From contig CALWDE010000010.1 of NCBI GenBank assembly GCA_944376605.1, forward strand, positions 5,287 to 69,286: 64,000 bases of DNA, written 5' to 3'. The DNA comes from an uncultured Bacilli bacterium (GTDB lineage Bacteria > Bacillota_I > Bacilli_A > RFN20 > CAG-826). The position numbers were made by a program, and so were the translations under genes. Within the stretch, counting starts at the first letter, position 1. Each line of letters starts with the position of its first letter. Shown piece by piece: positions 1 through 9,600 of this stretch. The notes below the pieces were generated by a model that was not told the origin of the DNA, made no database searches, and worked only from the letters and a program-made list of their open reading frames with translations.

Positions 1-323
1 ACAGCAATATAGAAGGAAGCTTCATAATCTCTTCTATTTTCTTTGGTTAAAGTTGTTTTTCCAAGAGTAGTGAACGCATTCACATAATTAATAGCAGAAA
101 GTAACAAAGCGCGATTTATAACCTCAGAAATACCAAAAGAATACACGATGGAAATGAAGAAATGGTTAGGAGAGGTTTTAAGTCTATGAAAGTACACGCT
201 CCCGGGGTTGTCATTCATCTTAAAATGAACAGGATTCGTATTTTTGTCCGTTAAAGAAATGTCTAATTCTTTTAAGATTTGAATGATTTTATTGCGTAGT
301 TTCTTTTCTTCTCCTAGTAGCAT
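1..323 (-). CDS. hypothetical protein (3' end runs off the window edge)
   Basis: The minus-strand ATG at 323 is preceded by AGGAGA (revcomp of 331-336). The frame stays open to position 1 (MLLGEEKKLRNKIIQILKELDISLTDKNTNPVHF...). No motif recognised. Confidence 0.4.
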   Translation of the reverse strand, partial: MLLGEEKKLRNKIIQILKELDISLTDKNTNPVHFKMNDNPGSVYFHRLKTSPNHFFISIVYSFGISEVINRALLLSAINYVNAFTTLGKTTLTKENRRDYEASFYIA

Positions 324-360
324 CCTGTTTTCTCCTTTGCCATAACCTAGCAAAAAGAGT

Positions 361-395
361 AAAGAAAGAAAAGAAAAAGTCTGCCTATCGCAGAC
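361..395 (-). terminator. rho-independent terminator after the tRNA pair
   Basis: On the minus strand, GTCTGC-gatag-GCAGAC (6 bp stem, 379-395) is followed by a T-rich run (tttttcttttctttcttt). Confidence 0.5.
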
Positions 396-405
396 ATAAT
401 TTCTT

Positions 406-482
406 TGGTGGCTGAGGAGGGACTCGAACCCCCGACCTGTCGGGTATGAACCGATCGCTCTAACCAGCTGGGCTACTCAGCC
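406..482 (-). tRNA. tRNA-Met (CAU anticodon; Ile2/lysidine type cannot be excluded)
   Basis: The minus-strand cloverleaf runs GGCTGAG...CTCAGCC-A-CCA. It has the anticodon loop TT-CAT-AC, T-arm GGGGGTTCGAGTCCCTC and an encoded CCA. It does not start with the initiator-type C1 mismatch. Confidence 0.85.
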
Positions 483-509
483 ATGAGGCAAGGTAAGATA
501 GAAACAATT

Positions 510-584
510 TGGTGGAGCATAGGGGTCTCGAACCCCCGACCCCCTGCTTGCAAAGCAGGTGCTCTACCGCTGAGCTAATGCCCC
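510..584 (-). tRNA. tRNA-Ala (UGC)
   Basis: The minus-strand sequence runs GGGGCAT...ATGCTCC-A-CCA. It has the G3:U70 identity pair, anticodon stem-loop CCTGC-TTTGCAA-GCAGG, T-loop TTCGAGA and an encoded CCA. Confidence 0.9.
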
Positions 585-605
585 AATTACCTTGCGGCAT
601 GCGCG

Positions 606-635
606 ATTATAGGACTTAGGTATGGGGTGATGCAA
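606..635 (-). promoter_or_regulatory. putative sigma-70 type promoter for the tRNA-Ala/tRNA-Met unit
   Basis: On the minus strand, TTGCAT, an 18 nt spacer and TATAAT (a perfect -10 at 606-611) end about 21 nt upstream of the tRNA-Ala 5' end. Confidence 0.4.
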
Positions 636-654
636 TAAAAAGGTGTTTTTTCTA

Positions 655-700
655 AAAGAAAAAAGCTAGCAAGTTGCCCTGCTAGCTTGTTTTTTGTTTT
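655..700 (-). terminator. bidirectional rho-independent terminator after the lipoprotein gene
   Basis: A perfect 8 bp stem AGCTAGCA (664-671) / TGCTAGCT (680-687) with an 8 nt loop is flanked by an A-run upstream and a T-run downstream. T-tracts therefore follow the hairpin on both strands. Confidence 0.6.
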
Positions 701-711
701 AGAAGCGAGAA

Positions 712-1599
712 TTAACCAAGGGTGTACATGGCTGTGACATCAAGTTTCACAGCGCCATAGCCAAGATTCTCAGGAACGGTTCCTTTTTCCACAGTAAGAG
801 GAGTTTTGTAGTCAGTTGCCATCCAAGTGGAAGTTTCAAAATTCACTTCAACACGGACACGGCAGCCATAGTTACGATTACCAGGACCAACCTTGTCGCC
901 AGAAGTTGGATTGTATTCGTAGACTAAGATTTCACCTTCACCAGTAAGAATAAGGTTATGGAGAGTGGTCTTATTGGTGATAGAACCAGAGAAAGTAGCA
1001 GTATTTGTTTCTGCATCATAACTTGCACCCATACCGTAGACAGCAACCGTATAATTGCCCTCTAAATCAGAAGTGACAAGAGACTTTGTCGCCACAGCAT
1101 TGTAGTAGTTATCTACCTTATACGCTTTGCCATCATTTGGGAAGACATCGTCCATATATTCGGCGCCTTCAAGTTCGGCAGCTTCCGCTAAAGTAGTAGC
1201 AGTTTCAACGCCATTCTCGATATCTTTCTCTGTTGGTTCACTCCAAAAGTAGTTGTAGTACTGGAGATTTGCTCTTTCCACCATCCATTCAAGAGTGTAG
1301 TAAGAACCGCCACCACTTGGAGGATAATAGTCAGTGCCTGTTCCAGAAGCGCCAGTTTGGCAATCACCTTTTCCATCTTCAGGAACTGTTTCAGTTTCAT
1401 TGATGGGGGTGTTAGGATCAACATAAGTGTATCCAGTGATGCCAGCCATTTCTAATTGTTCAGCAAAGGTTGTAGGAATTTCTTGAGCAGGGTCTTCAGA
1501 ACTTGAAACAGGGGTGGTAGTGCTAGTTCCATCTCCACCGCAAGAAGCAAGCATTGCAGTTGCTGCAAGAAGGGATAGTAAGAAATATGGTTTTTTCAT
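712..1599 (-). CDS. surface lipoprotein, unknown function
   Basis: The ATG at 1599 has an upstream GGAAAGGA RBS; the track start at 1623 is an upstream GTG. The signal peptide MKKPYFLLSLLAATAMLASC has lipobox L-A-S-C, and the mature part is Thr/Ser/acidic rich. Confidence 0.6.
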   Translation of the reverse strand: MKKPYFLLSLLAATAMLASCGGDGTSTTTPVSSSEDPAQEIPTTFAEQLEMAGITGYTYVDPNTPINETETVPEDGKGDCQTGASGTGTDYYPPSGGGSYYTLEWMVERANLQYYNYFWSEPTEKDIENGVETATTLAEAAELEGAEYMDDVFPNDGKAYKVDNYYNAVATKSLVTSDLEGNYTVAVYGMGASYDAETNTATFSGSITNKTTLHNLILTGEGEILVYEYNPTSGDKVGPGNRNYGCRVRVEVNFETSTWMATDYKTPLTVEKGTVPENLGYGAVKLDVTAMYTLG

Positions 1600-1697
1600 T
1601 GTTCGTCCTTTCCGATATTTCACGCTAAAAACATATATACATCAGCACAAAAATGCAAGAGAAACAAAAACGAATTGGTATTTTTTTCCTTTAAAAG

Positions 1698-2552
1698 TTA
1701 GGAGTGAAAAGCAAAAGTAAAACCAATCACGTCTGGTCCGCCGTGACAAGCATCTGTGGCGTTAGTAGGAACGGCTAAAACTTTCTCAAATCCCCACTTT
1801 TTTAAGTGATTCACAGCCACTTCCACCCCGTTTCTAGAAGCACTTGTATATCCAAGCGCGGCAAAAGAGAAGTCAATCCTATCTTTGCCGTATAGTTTTA
1901 AACGGGAATCGATATAGTTTTTCACGCATTTTTCCATGTTCCCTAGAAGAAGAGTCTTCGCTAAGCTTAACTTTCCTTCCTTAATAAAAACGCTCACACG
2001 GATTTTTAAAGGAGATAAGAGTTTGGCAACTAAAGAAGGGCATCTTCCCCCTTTTGCCATAAATTTTAAGTCAGAAATCATCAAAGAAGTATCAAGATTA
2101 TGACGGTATTCTTTTGCTTTCTCAGCAAGCACTTTTAAGTTCTCTTCCCCTTCTTCTATGAGTTTTTTGGCATAAAAGGCTTCCATAGCAATTCCAAGAG
2201 AAAACTCTTCGGAATTGACCACTTCAATCCCTTCGTCCTCTCCTTTTGCAGTGGTAGCGTTTTTATATCCTCCACTTAACGCTTCCGAAATGGAAAAATG
2301 TAAAACTTCTGCGCCGGAATCACGTAACTTCTTAAAATGAGTTTGATACTCATTTACATTAGGCGCGCTTGTTTTTGCAAGATCACTATGGCTATTCCCA
2401 TAGGCAAAGATTTCTTCATTACTTTTTTCGCCATCTAAATAAGTTTCTTCCCCCATAGTCACATGAAAAGGAAGAGAGGGAAAGCCTGCTTTTTCTAACT
2501 CTTCTTTTGGTAAATCTGCAGTGCTTTCTACGGAAATAATAATCTTTTTCAT
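1698..2552 (-). CDS. DegV family fatty-acid-binding protein
   Basis: The N-terminus MKKIIISVESTADLPKE, the ~280 aa length and the overall pattern are typical of DegV/EDD-fold proteins. Confidence 0.8.
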   Translation of the reverse strand: MKKIIISVESTADLPKEELEKAGFPSLPFHVTMGEETYLDGEKSNEEIFAYGNSHSDLAKTSAPNVNEYQTHFKKLRDSGAEVLHFSISEALSGGYKNATTAKGEDEGIEVVNSEEFSLGIAMEAFYAKKLIEEGEENLKVLAEKAKEYRHNLDTSLMISDLKFMAKGGRCPSLVAKLLSPLKIRVSVFIKEGKLSLAKTLLLGNMEKCVKNYIDSRLKLYGKDRIDFSFAALGYTSASRNGVEVAVNHLKKWGFEKVLAVPTNATDACHGGPDVIGFTFAFHS

Positions 2553-2589
2553 TTTAGTACCTCAAACGTCGCGAAATAAGGAGCAACCT

Positions 2590-2617
2590 AGTTAAGCATG
2601 AAATCTAGTATTGTCAA
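2590..2617 (-). promoter_or_regulatory. possible promoter upstream of degV
   Basis: A perfect minus-strand -35 TTGACA (revcomp of 2612-2617) is followed by a 16-17 nt spacer and a weak -10 (TTAACT/TAACTA). Confidence 0.25.
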
Positions 2618-2633
2618 CTAAATCACATCGTAT

Positions 2634-3149
2634 TTACAAGCGAAGACGTTCAAAAATGCCACTAGCGATAATGCGGTCAGCAAAAAAGCCTACCGCAAGA
2701 CCTGTGAATAATCCAACAAGTGCCATCAAAGGGAAATACCAAAACACCCCTGATGTAGAAAGAAGGATGGAAGCAATAGCAATTTGTCCTAAGCAGTGAA
2801 GGACGCTGCCAAAAAGCGAAGCCCCGTAAATAGAAAAGACTTTAGAAAAGCATTTTGCAATAAGAAGCATTCCTAAATACGACAAAATGCCTCCTGCTAA
2901 AGACATATAAAAAGGAAGAGAGAAGATTTTGCCTGTCATCAAAGAGGCAAGAAAAATCCTTCCAATATCAATAAGAAGCGCTTCACTCCACGAGAAACGG
3001 TAAATTAAAACTAAGATGATAATATTGGCTAAACCTGGCTTAAATCCAGGAAGAGAAGAAATAGGAATAAAACTCTCCGCAACAGATAAGGCAAGAGCAA
3101 GTGCTAACATGGTCGCATCGAGAGCGATTCTTCTTACAGAGGACTTCAT
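2634..3149 (-). CDS. Gx transporter family membrane protein (heptaprenyl-diphosphate-synthase-component-I-like)
   Basis: A 171 aa polytopic membrane protein that lies immediately after a NusG-II protein and ApbE, a gene trio I recognise as recurrent. It overlaps the upstream gene (3146-3149). Confidence 0.6.
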   Translation of the reverse strand: MKSSVRRIALDATMLALALALSVAESFIPISSLPGFKPGLANIIILVLIYRFSWSEALLIDIGRIFLASLMTGKIFSLPFYMSLAGGILSYLGMLLIAKCFSKVFSIYGASLFGSVLHCLGQIAIASILLSTSGVFWYFPLMALVGLFTGLAVGFFADRIIASGIFERLRL

Positions 3150-3628
3150 ACGATAATATCAACTCCTGAAGAAGAGGAACTTGGAGGAAGAGAAGCAATT
3201 TCTCCTACATATTCCACATGAACATGGTTATAAGCACAGACAATTGGTTTTCTGGGGTCAAGGGTGTAGCCAAGTGAAACGCAGTATTGAGAAGGGCAAC
3301 CAGAAGATAGCACAGCAATACCCTCTTGGCTTATCGCGAAAACCATAGGGGTTAAAGCGCCTTCAATTTCATATGCCGCTTCTACCTCTTCTCCATATAA
3401 GGAGGGATCTAATTCTTTTACTCTTTCTTCTTCATAAATCACCGATTCTTGAGGAGAAGAAAGATTCAAATAAAGAAGACACACATCATCGCAAAAGATA
3501 TTCGCCCCGCTTGCGCTAGAAGTAGGTGCTAATAGAAGAAAGATAGTTCCTAAAGTTGTCGCGAAAAGTAAAACAAAAAAGAGAATGATATCTCCTAAGT
3601 GTTTTTGCAAAAAGGCTTTCGCTTTCAT
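3146..3628 (-). CDS. NusG domain II-containing membrane-anchored protein
   Basis: It has an N-terminal TM helix and the C-terminal pattern SSGCPSQYCV...PIVCAYNHVHVE, typical of NusG_II-domain proteins. Confidence 0.6.
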   Translation of the reverse strand: MKAKAFLQKHLGDIILFFVLLFATTLGTIFLLLAPTSSASGANIFCDDVCLLYLNLSSPQESVIYEEERVKELDPSLYGEEVEAAYEIEGALTPMVFAISQEGIAVLSSGCPSQYCVSLGYTLDPRKPIVCAYNHVHVEYVGEIASLPPSSSSSGVDIIV

Positions 3629-3631
3629 TCT

Positions 3632-4723
3632 CTACTCTTCCGTAATAGGAAAATCCTCACTTAAATAAACAGAGGGATCACTTCTTCGATTATCGTAAAA
3701 GAAGAAAGAGTAGCCCATCTCTTCAAAGGCAGAAACATCTGCACTTTCTCCAAGCATTAAAAAATATGTCGATAACACGTCACAAATTGCAGCGTTTTCT
3801 CCTAATACAATCGCGGTGGTAAGCGCTGGAACGGCATTACCCGTCTTAGGGTTTACCACATGGCTATATAAAGTATTTGCAGATACATCAAAATAATGCT
3901 GATTGGTAACAGAAGAGGTACCGATTGCTTCATTTTTTACCTTAAATTTCATGCCTTCCACATCGGATACTCCTACGGTGAAAGTGCGATCTTCTGCGTA
4001 AGGATTCTCACCAACAAGAATCGAGCTGCTTCCTGCGTTAATTAAATAATAGGTAAGCTGATTATCCTCGCAAATCTCCTTTAAGCGCATCAAAGCGTAC
4101 CCTTTGCCAATCGCGCCAAAGTCTAATAAAGCGCTGCCCTCTTTTGTTGCGTAATATTTCCCATTTTTTTCTTCTAAAGTTAGAGAACTTTCTTGCATCT
4201 CTAAGATAGAAGAAGAGATTTCTTCCTCAGTTGGACGAGAAAAAGTCTCCCCGTCTTTTGGGAAAGAATCTTTCCATAACCAGTTTAAATTACCCGATAA
4301 AATATCAATGTAACCATCTGTCATCTCTTCTGCTTCTAGGGCAAAAGATAAGATGTCGTAAAAGGCTTTATCAATCTCAAAAGTGCCCTCTTTTTCACTC
4401 AGCGTTTTAGCATTTACCTGAATCCCTCCATAAGAAAGATTGGTGTCCATATAACGCGAACCAAGAGCAAAATCACTGGTAATCTCGTCATAAACATCAC
4501 TTGGAGCAACTTCCCCTTCTTCCCGCAAAAACTGAAAGCTTGTCGTCACCGCGTATGAGTAATAGTCATGCGCCGTGCTAACCACATATTTTTTTGCTTC
4601 ACTAGAAGAGAGAGAACTGGAAGAGCTTCCCTCGCACGAAGCGAGGACGAGAAGAGAGAAAAGCAGAAGAGAAAAGGATTTTTTCATACGCGCCATTCTA
4701 GTAAGAAAAAGGAGGCTCTTCAA
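3632..4723 (-). CDS. apbE: FAD:protein FMN transferase (ApbE family) lipoprotein
   Basis: It carries the ApbE signature DFGAIGKGYA and the lipoprotein signal ...LLLFSLLVLASC. The start is ambiguous: TTG at 4723, or ATG at 4696 or 4687. Confidence 0.8.
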   Translation of the reverse strand: MKSLLFLTRMARMKKSFSLLLFSLLVLASCEGSSSSSLSSSEAKKYVVSTAHDYYSYAVTTSFQFLREEGEVAPSDVYDEITSDFALGSRYMDTNLSYGGIQVNAKTLSEKEGTFEIDKAFYDILSFALEAEEMTDGYIDILSGNLNWLWKDSFPKDGETFSRPTEEEISSSILEMQESSLTLEEKNGKYYATKEGSALLDFGAIGKGYALMRLKEICEDNQLTYYLINAGSSSILVGENPYAEDRTFTVGVSDVEGMKFKVKNEAIGTSSVTNQHYFDVSANTLYSHVVNPKTGNAVPALTTAIVLGENAAICDVLSTYFLMLGESADVSAFEEMGYSFFFYDNRRSDPSVYLSEDFPITEE

Positions 4724-4736
4724 TGCCTCCTATTTG

Positions 4737-5102
4737 TTATTTCTTTTCTTCTTCCTCCTTTTCCTCGTCCTCATAGACAGGATCAGGATGGGAAGAGAGA
4801 TAACTCATGATGGGGTCAAAGTTCGCTTCCTTTTTTCCAGGACGGCAAATCTTGATATCCGCAATTTCTCCCTTCACAAGTTTTTCTGCCATTTCATGGC
4901 ATCCAGCGTTGCCGCATGCACCGCAATTATATCCAGGCAAGAGTTTTTCTACCTCTTCTACTCTTTTATCTTCTCTTACCTTAAAGATGGCATAAAAGAT
5001 ACAGAGTAAAACAGCAAAAATCGCACCAAGTCCAATTAGAAGAAGAACAGCATACAAGATTGCCATTCCGTTTTCGAAACTGACCATTAATGGAATATTC
5101 AT
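4737..5102 (-). CDS. rnfB: truncated RnfB: TM helix plus B-type 4Fe-4S domain only
   Basis: LLPGYNCGACGNAGCHEMAEKLVKGE...ICRPG matches the RnfB N-terminal Cys cluster. No CxxCxxCxxxCP ferredoxin motifs follow, and the protein ends in the acidic tail EDEEKEEEEKK. Confidence 0.7.
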   Translation of the reverse strand: MNIPLMVSFENGMAILYAVLLLIGLGAIFAVLLCIFYAIFKVREDKRVEEVEKLLPGYNCGACGNAGCHEMAEKLVKGEIADIKICRPGKKEANFDPIMSYLSSHPDPVYEDEEKEEEEKK

Positions 5103-5329
5103 AACTCTTTCTCCTCATTCTTCGTTTCTTTTTCTTCTTCACTTCCCTTTTTCTCATATAACTTGCAGCCAGCATTTGAGCAGTGCGCGCAAGCGTCTTT
5201 GTTTTTTGGGATTCTCTCACAGCCTTTTGGGGCTGGAGTTTTTACATAAAAGATGAAAGAAACAACAAAGATAATAACTAAGACGATGACAAGGACGATG
5301 GCAACAATACTTGCTACCTCACTTGACAT
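5099..5329 (-). CDS. small Cys-rich membrane protein, mini-paralogue of the RnfB N-terminus
   Basis: The 76 aa product has one TM helix (IVAIVLVIVLVIIFVVSFIF), then C-x10-CAHCSNAGC (compare RnfB CGACGNAGC), then the tail EEEKETKNEEKEL. It is ATGA-coupled to rnfB and sits 3 nt after rnfA. Confidence 0.5.
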   Translation of the reverse strand: MSSEVASIVAIVLVIVLVIIFVVSFIFYVKTPAPKGCERIPKNKDACAHCSNAGCKLYEKKGSEEEKETKNEEKEL

Positions 5330-5332
5330 AGC

Positions 5333-5917
5333 TTATACGATTCCTTGTAAACCCATGAAGGCTAACGCCATAAGTGCGGCGGTTACAAGAGCTACAGGAA
5401 CTCCCTTAAAGGCGCGAGGAGTATCAGAAGACTCTAAGCGTTCACGGATTGTCGCAAATAAGACGATCACAAGAAGATATCCAAGAGAAGTACCAATCGC
5501 ATTTCCTAAAGAAGAGAGGAAATCGAGCCCTTGGTCGGTATTTCCTTGTGCGACACCTAAAACCGCGCAGTTGGTGGTAATAAGAGGCAAATAGATACCA
5601 AGTGTCTTATAAAGAGTAGGAGAGGTCTTCTTAATAAAGATACCGACAAGTTGCACTAAACTAGCAATCACTAAAATATAAACAATGGTATCTAAGAAGG
5701 CCATGTTCGCTGGCACTAAGATATAGGTATAAATAGGCCAGCAGACAACAGAAGCTAAAATAATAACGAAAGTCACCGCTAAGCCCATCGAGAAGGCAGG
5801 CTTAACCTTGTTCCCTGTACCAACAAAAGAACAAATGCCATAGAAACGGCTTAAAACAACGTTATCAATTAAAGCCCCAGAAACAATAGCAAGAAGGAAC
5901 GCAACAAATAAATCCAT
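5333..5917 (-). CDS. rnfA: Rnf complex subunit A
   Basis: A 194 aa Rnf/Nqr-type polytopic protein with the motif GIYLPLITTNCAVLG. Confidence 0.9.
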   Translation of the reverse strand: MDLFVAFLLAIVSGALIDNVVLSRFYGICSFVGTGNKVKPAFSMGLAVTFVIILASVVCWPIYTYILVPANMAFLDTIVYILVIASLVQLVGIFIKKTSPTLYKTLGIYLPLITTNCAVLGVAQGNTDQGLDFLSSLGNAIGTSLGYLLVIVLFATIRERLESSDTPRAFKGVPVALVTAALMALAFMGLQGIV

Positions 5918-5919
5918 AC

Positions 5920-6639
5920 TTATTTCCCTCCTTCAGCGGCGGCTTTTTTAGCGTTAAGCGCATCCACTTTTGCTTTATTTTTCTTGTAAGAAGAAGCGGC
6001 AGCAATAATCGCAAGGGCAATGCCAAGTACTAAGAATCCGCCAAGTGAACGCTGGAAGAATTCGATTGAGTAATCATAGACTCCTTCGAGTTTTAAAATA
6101 GGTAAAGAATATTCTGGAATAAAGGTGAACACTCTTCCAAAAGTAATCATTCCTGTTCCTAAAATTTCACGAACAAGAGCGATAGCGCAAATAGCCCATG
6201 TAAAGCCAATTCCGTTTCCAAGTGCATCTAAAGTGCTATTTAAAACGGTATTTTTGGAAGCGTAAGCTTCGCTTCTACCAAGAACAATACAGTTGACCAC
6301 AAGAAGAGATAAGAACACTCCTAACGAGGTATATAGTTCCGGTAAAAATGCTTCACAAATCATCTTCACTACCGTAACAAAGGTCGCAATGATGACGATG
6401 TAGCAAGGAGTCGTGACTTCTTCTGGAATAATCTTCCGAAGAAGCGAAACAAAGATATTGGAACCAAGAAGAACAAAAGTGAACAAAATGCCCATGCCAA
6501 TTGCAGATTCAAAATTAGTGGTTACCGCTAAAGCAGGACACATTCCCAGTAAGGAAACGAACAAAGGATTCGCTTTCCAAATACCGGAAACGAAGGCTTC
6601 TTTTCTTTCTTCTCTTAGACTAAGAGCCGTTTCTCCCAT
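5920..6639 (-). CDS. rnfE: Rnf complex subunit E
   Basis: GIWKANPLFVSLLGMCPALAVT and LVVNCIVLGR are typical RnfE/NqrD motifs. Confidence 0.9.
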   Translation of the reverse strand: MGETALSLREERKEAFVSGIWKANPLFVSLLGMCPALAVTTNFESAIGMGILFTFVLLGSNIFVSLLRKIIPEEVTTPCYIVIIATFVTVVKMICEAFLPELYTSLGVFLSLLVVNCIVLGRSEAYASKNTVLNSTLDALGNGIGFTWAICAIALVREILGTGMITFGRVFTFIPEYSLPILKLEGVYDYSIEFFQRSLGGFLVLGIALAIIAAASSYKKNKAKVDALNAKKAAAEGGK

Positions 6640-6658
6640 ATATAGTCCTCACATTTTA

Positions 6659-9600
6659 TTAGGCGATTGCAAGATAGGCATTGAAGCATTGGTCATAAAT
6701 GGCAGTAGCAACAGCATAATAAGTTTCATCACCAGTTAAGTTACTTCCCCCAAAAAGAGTTTCAATGCTACTCGCCCAAGTCTTTAAATCTTCAAAGTTC
6801 GTATACCCATCTGTATTAGCAATCTTTAAGCCGCGAATGCTATAGGCATCATCTGCAAAGGCTAAAGCGCATTCGAAAGTATGAGACTCTACTGTAACAT
6901 TGAAGGTAACAATTTGAGCAAAAGGTTCTCCTAAAAGAAGTACATCATAAGAAGTGAAGGTGTCGTCAATAGTTGTTGCTGCACCAATGCTAGAACCAGA
7001 GGCGTAAGTGCCATCTTCGATAAATTCATTGACGATATCAGGAATAGAGGTGCTTGGTGCATCTGGATCAAAGTTAGAAGCTTCGTTCATGGCAGTTTTA
7101 AGAGAAGCTACCACATCAGAAATATCCGCACCTGCTACAGGCTCTTCCCTATTGTTATAAGAGCTTGCCCAATCAAGGAGAGCAGAAATATGTTCATATT
7201 CTCCCCAGCTGCTGATATAGATGCTTGTAAAGTCTGCATTATCAACAGCGACATAGAAAGAAATCGTTTCAGAACCCGCTAAAATCGAACCAGTGAACAT
7301 TCTTCCCTGGCTTCCTTCATAGGTAACATCGTAGTATTCGGTGAAAATAGAAGAACCATCGATGCTTGTTGCACTTTCATAGTAGCAGCTTGGCGTGAAG
7401 GCTTCATTCATCGCTTCTTCTAATGTGTAGCCATCTGCAGGATTTGGTTCTACTGGTTCATCAGGTTCATCGGTAGGAAGAGTTCCTTTGTAGTACTCCA
7501 CTAAAGCAGTAGAGATACGGTTTACAGTTTCTTCATTTCTTGTTCCAGTCTCTGAAACAACATCCACCGCGCTAACAACATCGCTCACCTCGTCAGTAAC
7601 TAAATCACCAACCGAGATAAGAAGTGTTGCGCTATAAGAATCCTCTTTGATGTTTGCAACATAAACATTGCCGGGATAAGTAGGAGTTCCGCCTAATGGA
7701 TCACTAGAAGGAACATAAACGCTGTAATAAGTCTTTCCTACTTCTGGAGTACCTGCTAAAGTGAAGTTTCCACCCATCGTATCATACTTAGCATTTTCAC
7801 CAAAGTTCTTCGTGACTACTTCGCCAATCTTAGCGGAAATATCTTCTTCCACATTCACGCCATAGTCTCTTTGGGCATCTTCAATCGCGCCGATTAAACT
7901 ATTAATTTCGCTAGCAGCAGCGTTTTCGCTATCAGGAGCAGTAAGTGTCTTGCTGCTATTTGTGCTGCTAATCCACTCATTTAAGGCGGTTAAAGCAGTA
8001 TCTGTTAAAGCAGTAGAAATAAGCTTCACTTCTACAAAAGAGGCATCCGCATTTAAAGCGACGTAGAAAGTGTTATCGGCAGCAGTTTCTAAACGTACTG
8101 CATAAACTCTACCAATCTCTTCGCCTTCTGCATCATAAGCACTGTAATAGGCATAAGCGTACCAAACATTGCTAATAGAGACTTTCTCGCTCCAGCTAGA
8201 AGCAGCAGGAAGCATAGTAGTAACCTCTTCTGGCGCGGTTAAATCAGGATTTTCAGTTGGATCAGTAATTCCCGCAATTTCTTTTACCTCATCTAGCATA
8301 GCAGCAATCGAATAAGCAGCTTGCTCGCACCCAGAAGTAGCAATATCATCGCGATAATCTACTGTGCCATTATTAATCTTTTCTATCCATCCTTTGACGC
8401 CTGTTACATAAGCAGCGTCATAGGAAGAGGTGTAATAACCAACTTTGATGTTCTTATCAGCATCAACTGAAACAAGAATACCTAAGCTATCACCAGATTG
8501 TTCATAAGTAGCTTGATAGACTGTTGCAAGCGTATCGCCATTATCATCAAGAGCTAAACGAGTAGTTTTAACAAAGTCATGACCTTCCACGCTTTGCACA
8601 TCTCCCCAGATAGCATCAGGAAGTAATGCGTCATAAGCAGCTTGCTCTTCCTCTGTTAATTCACCGCTTGAAGAGCCACCATTTTGATAATCGGAAATAG
8701 CCTCCGTTACAATGCTTTGAATGGTCGCATAAGAAGCACCTGCGCTAGGCGCCGTCTCAAAATTAGAAGGATCTTCATTAACAGAATCCACCCAGTCTTT
8801 AATCGTGTCTTCTGTTTCTGCTGGATTGCCACCAGAATAATCTTCAAGCAACATGCCCGTAACGGCGTAATTCGTATCAAGACCAACTAAGATTTCAATA
8901 TGGACACCAAAATTATTAGTACCTGCACCAAGATATGCTCTGCCTAAGAGAGTATTGGCAGAATCATAAACTTCGCGGTAAGAGGTAATGTAATCCCCGG
9001 TAACAGTAACCTCATTTCCAGTGGATGCGGCGCCTTCAAATAAATCAAGATATTTTTGATTTTCACTAGAAGAACCACCATCTTGATAATCGGAAATGGC
9101 CTCCGTTACAATGCTTTGAATGGTCGCGTAAGAAGCACCTGCGCTAGGAGCAGTATCAAAGTTAGAGGGATCTTCGTTCACAGAATCTACCCAGTCTTTA
9201 ATGGTATCTTCTGTTTCTGCTGGAGTGCCGCCAGAATAGTCTTCTAATGACATACCAGTAACCGCATAATTAGTATCAAGACCAACTAAGATTTCGATAT
9301 GGACACCAAAACCGTTAGTGCCCGCACCAAGATAACCTCTACCAAGTAAAGCGTTATTTGCACCATACACCTCGCGATAAGAGGTGAGATAAGTGCCAGA
9401 TAGAGTCACTTCATCTCCAACCGATGTAGCGCCTTCAAATAGATCGAGATATTTTTGAGCGCCATCAGGGAGTGGAGTAGAACCGCCTCCTTCATAAGAG
9501 GCTAAAGCTTCGGCAATCATTTCACGAATCACACCAGCTGAGTTAGAAGCGCCAGTGGTGACTCCATTTTCTAAATTCGCAGGATCTTCGTTAATCGAGT

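Noticed and set aside
324-711. The tRNA pair could mark an integration hotspot or the edge of a genomic island.
   Set aside because: No integrase, direct repeat of a tRNA 3' end, or compositional break is visible on either side. The flanking genes look like ordinary chromosomal genes.
4568-5594. Several plus-strand ORFs of 60-144 aa lie here (4568..4810, 4575..5009, 4807..4995, 5253..5594), and there are many similar ones elsewhere in the track.
   Set aside because: They lie antisense to strongly supported minus-strand genes (apbE, rnfB, rnfA). They lack RBS motifs and have the skewed composition of shadow ORFs.
8684-9247. Two plus-strand ORFs (8684..8890 and 9056..9247) have strikingly similar products, which suggests a duplicated small gene.
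   Set aside because: They are antisense read-throughs of the 399 bp tandem repeat inside rnfG. Their Arg/Ile/Asn-rich composition is typical of the reverse strand of a real gene, and they have no RBS.
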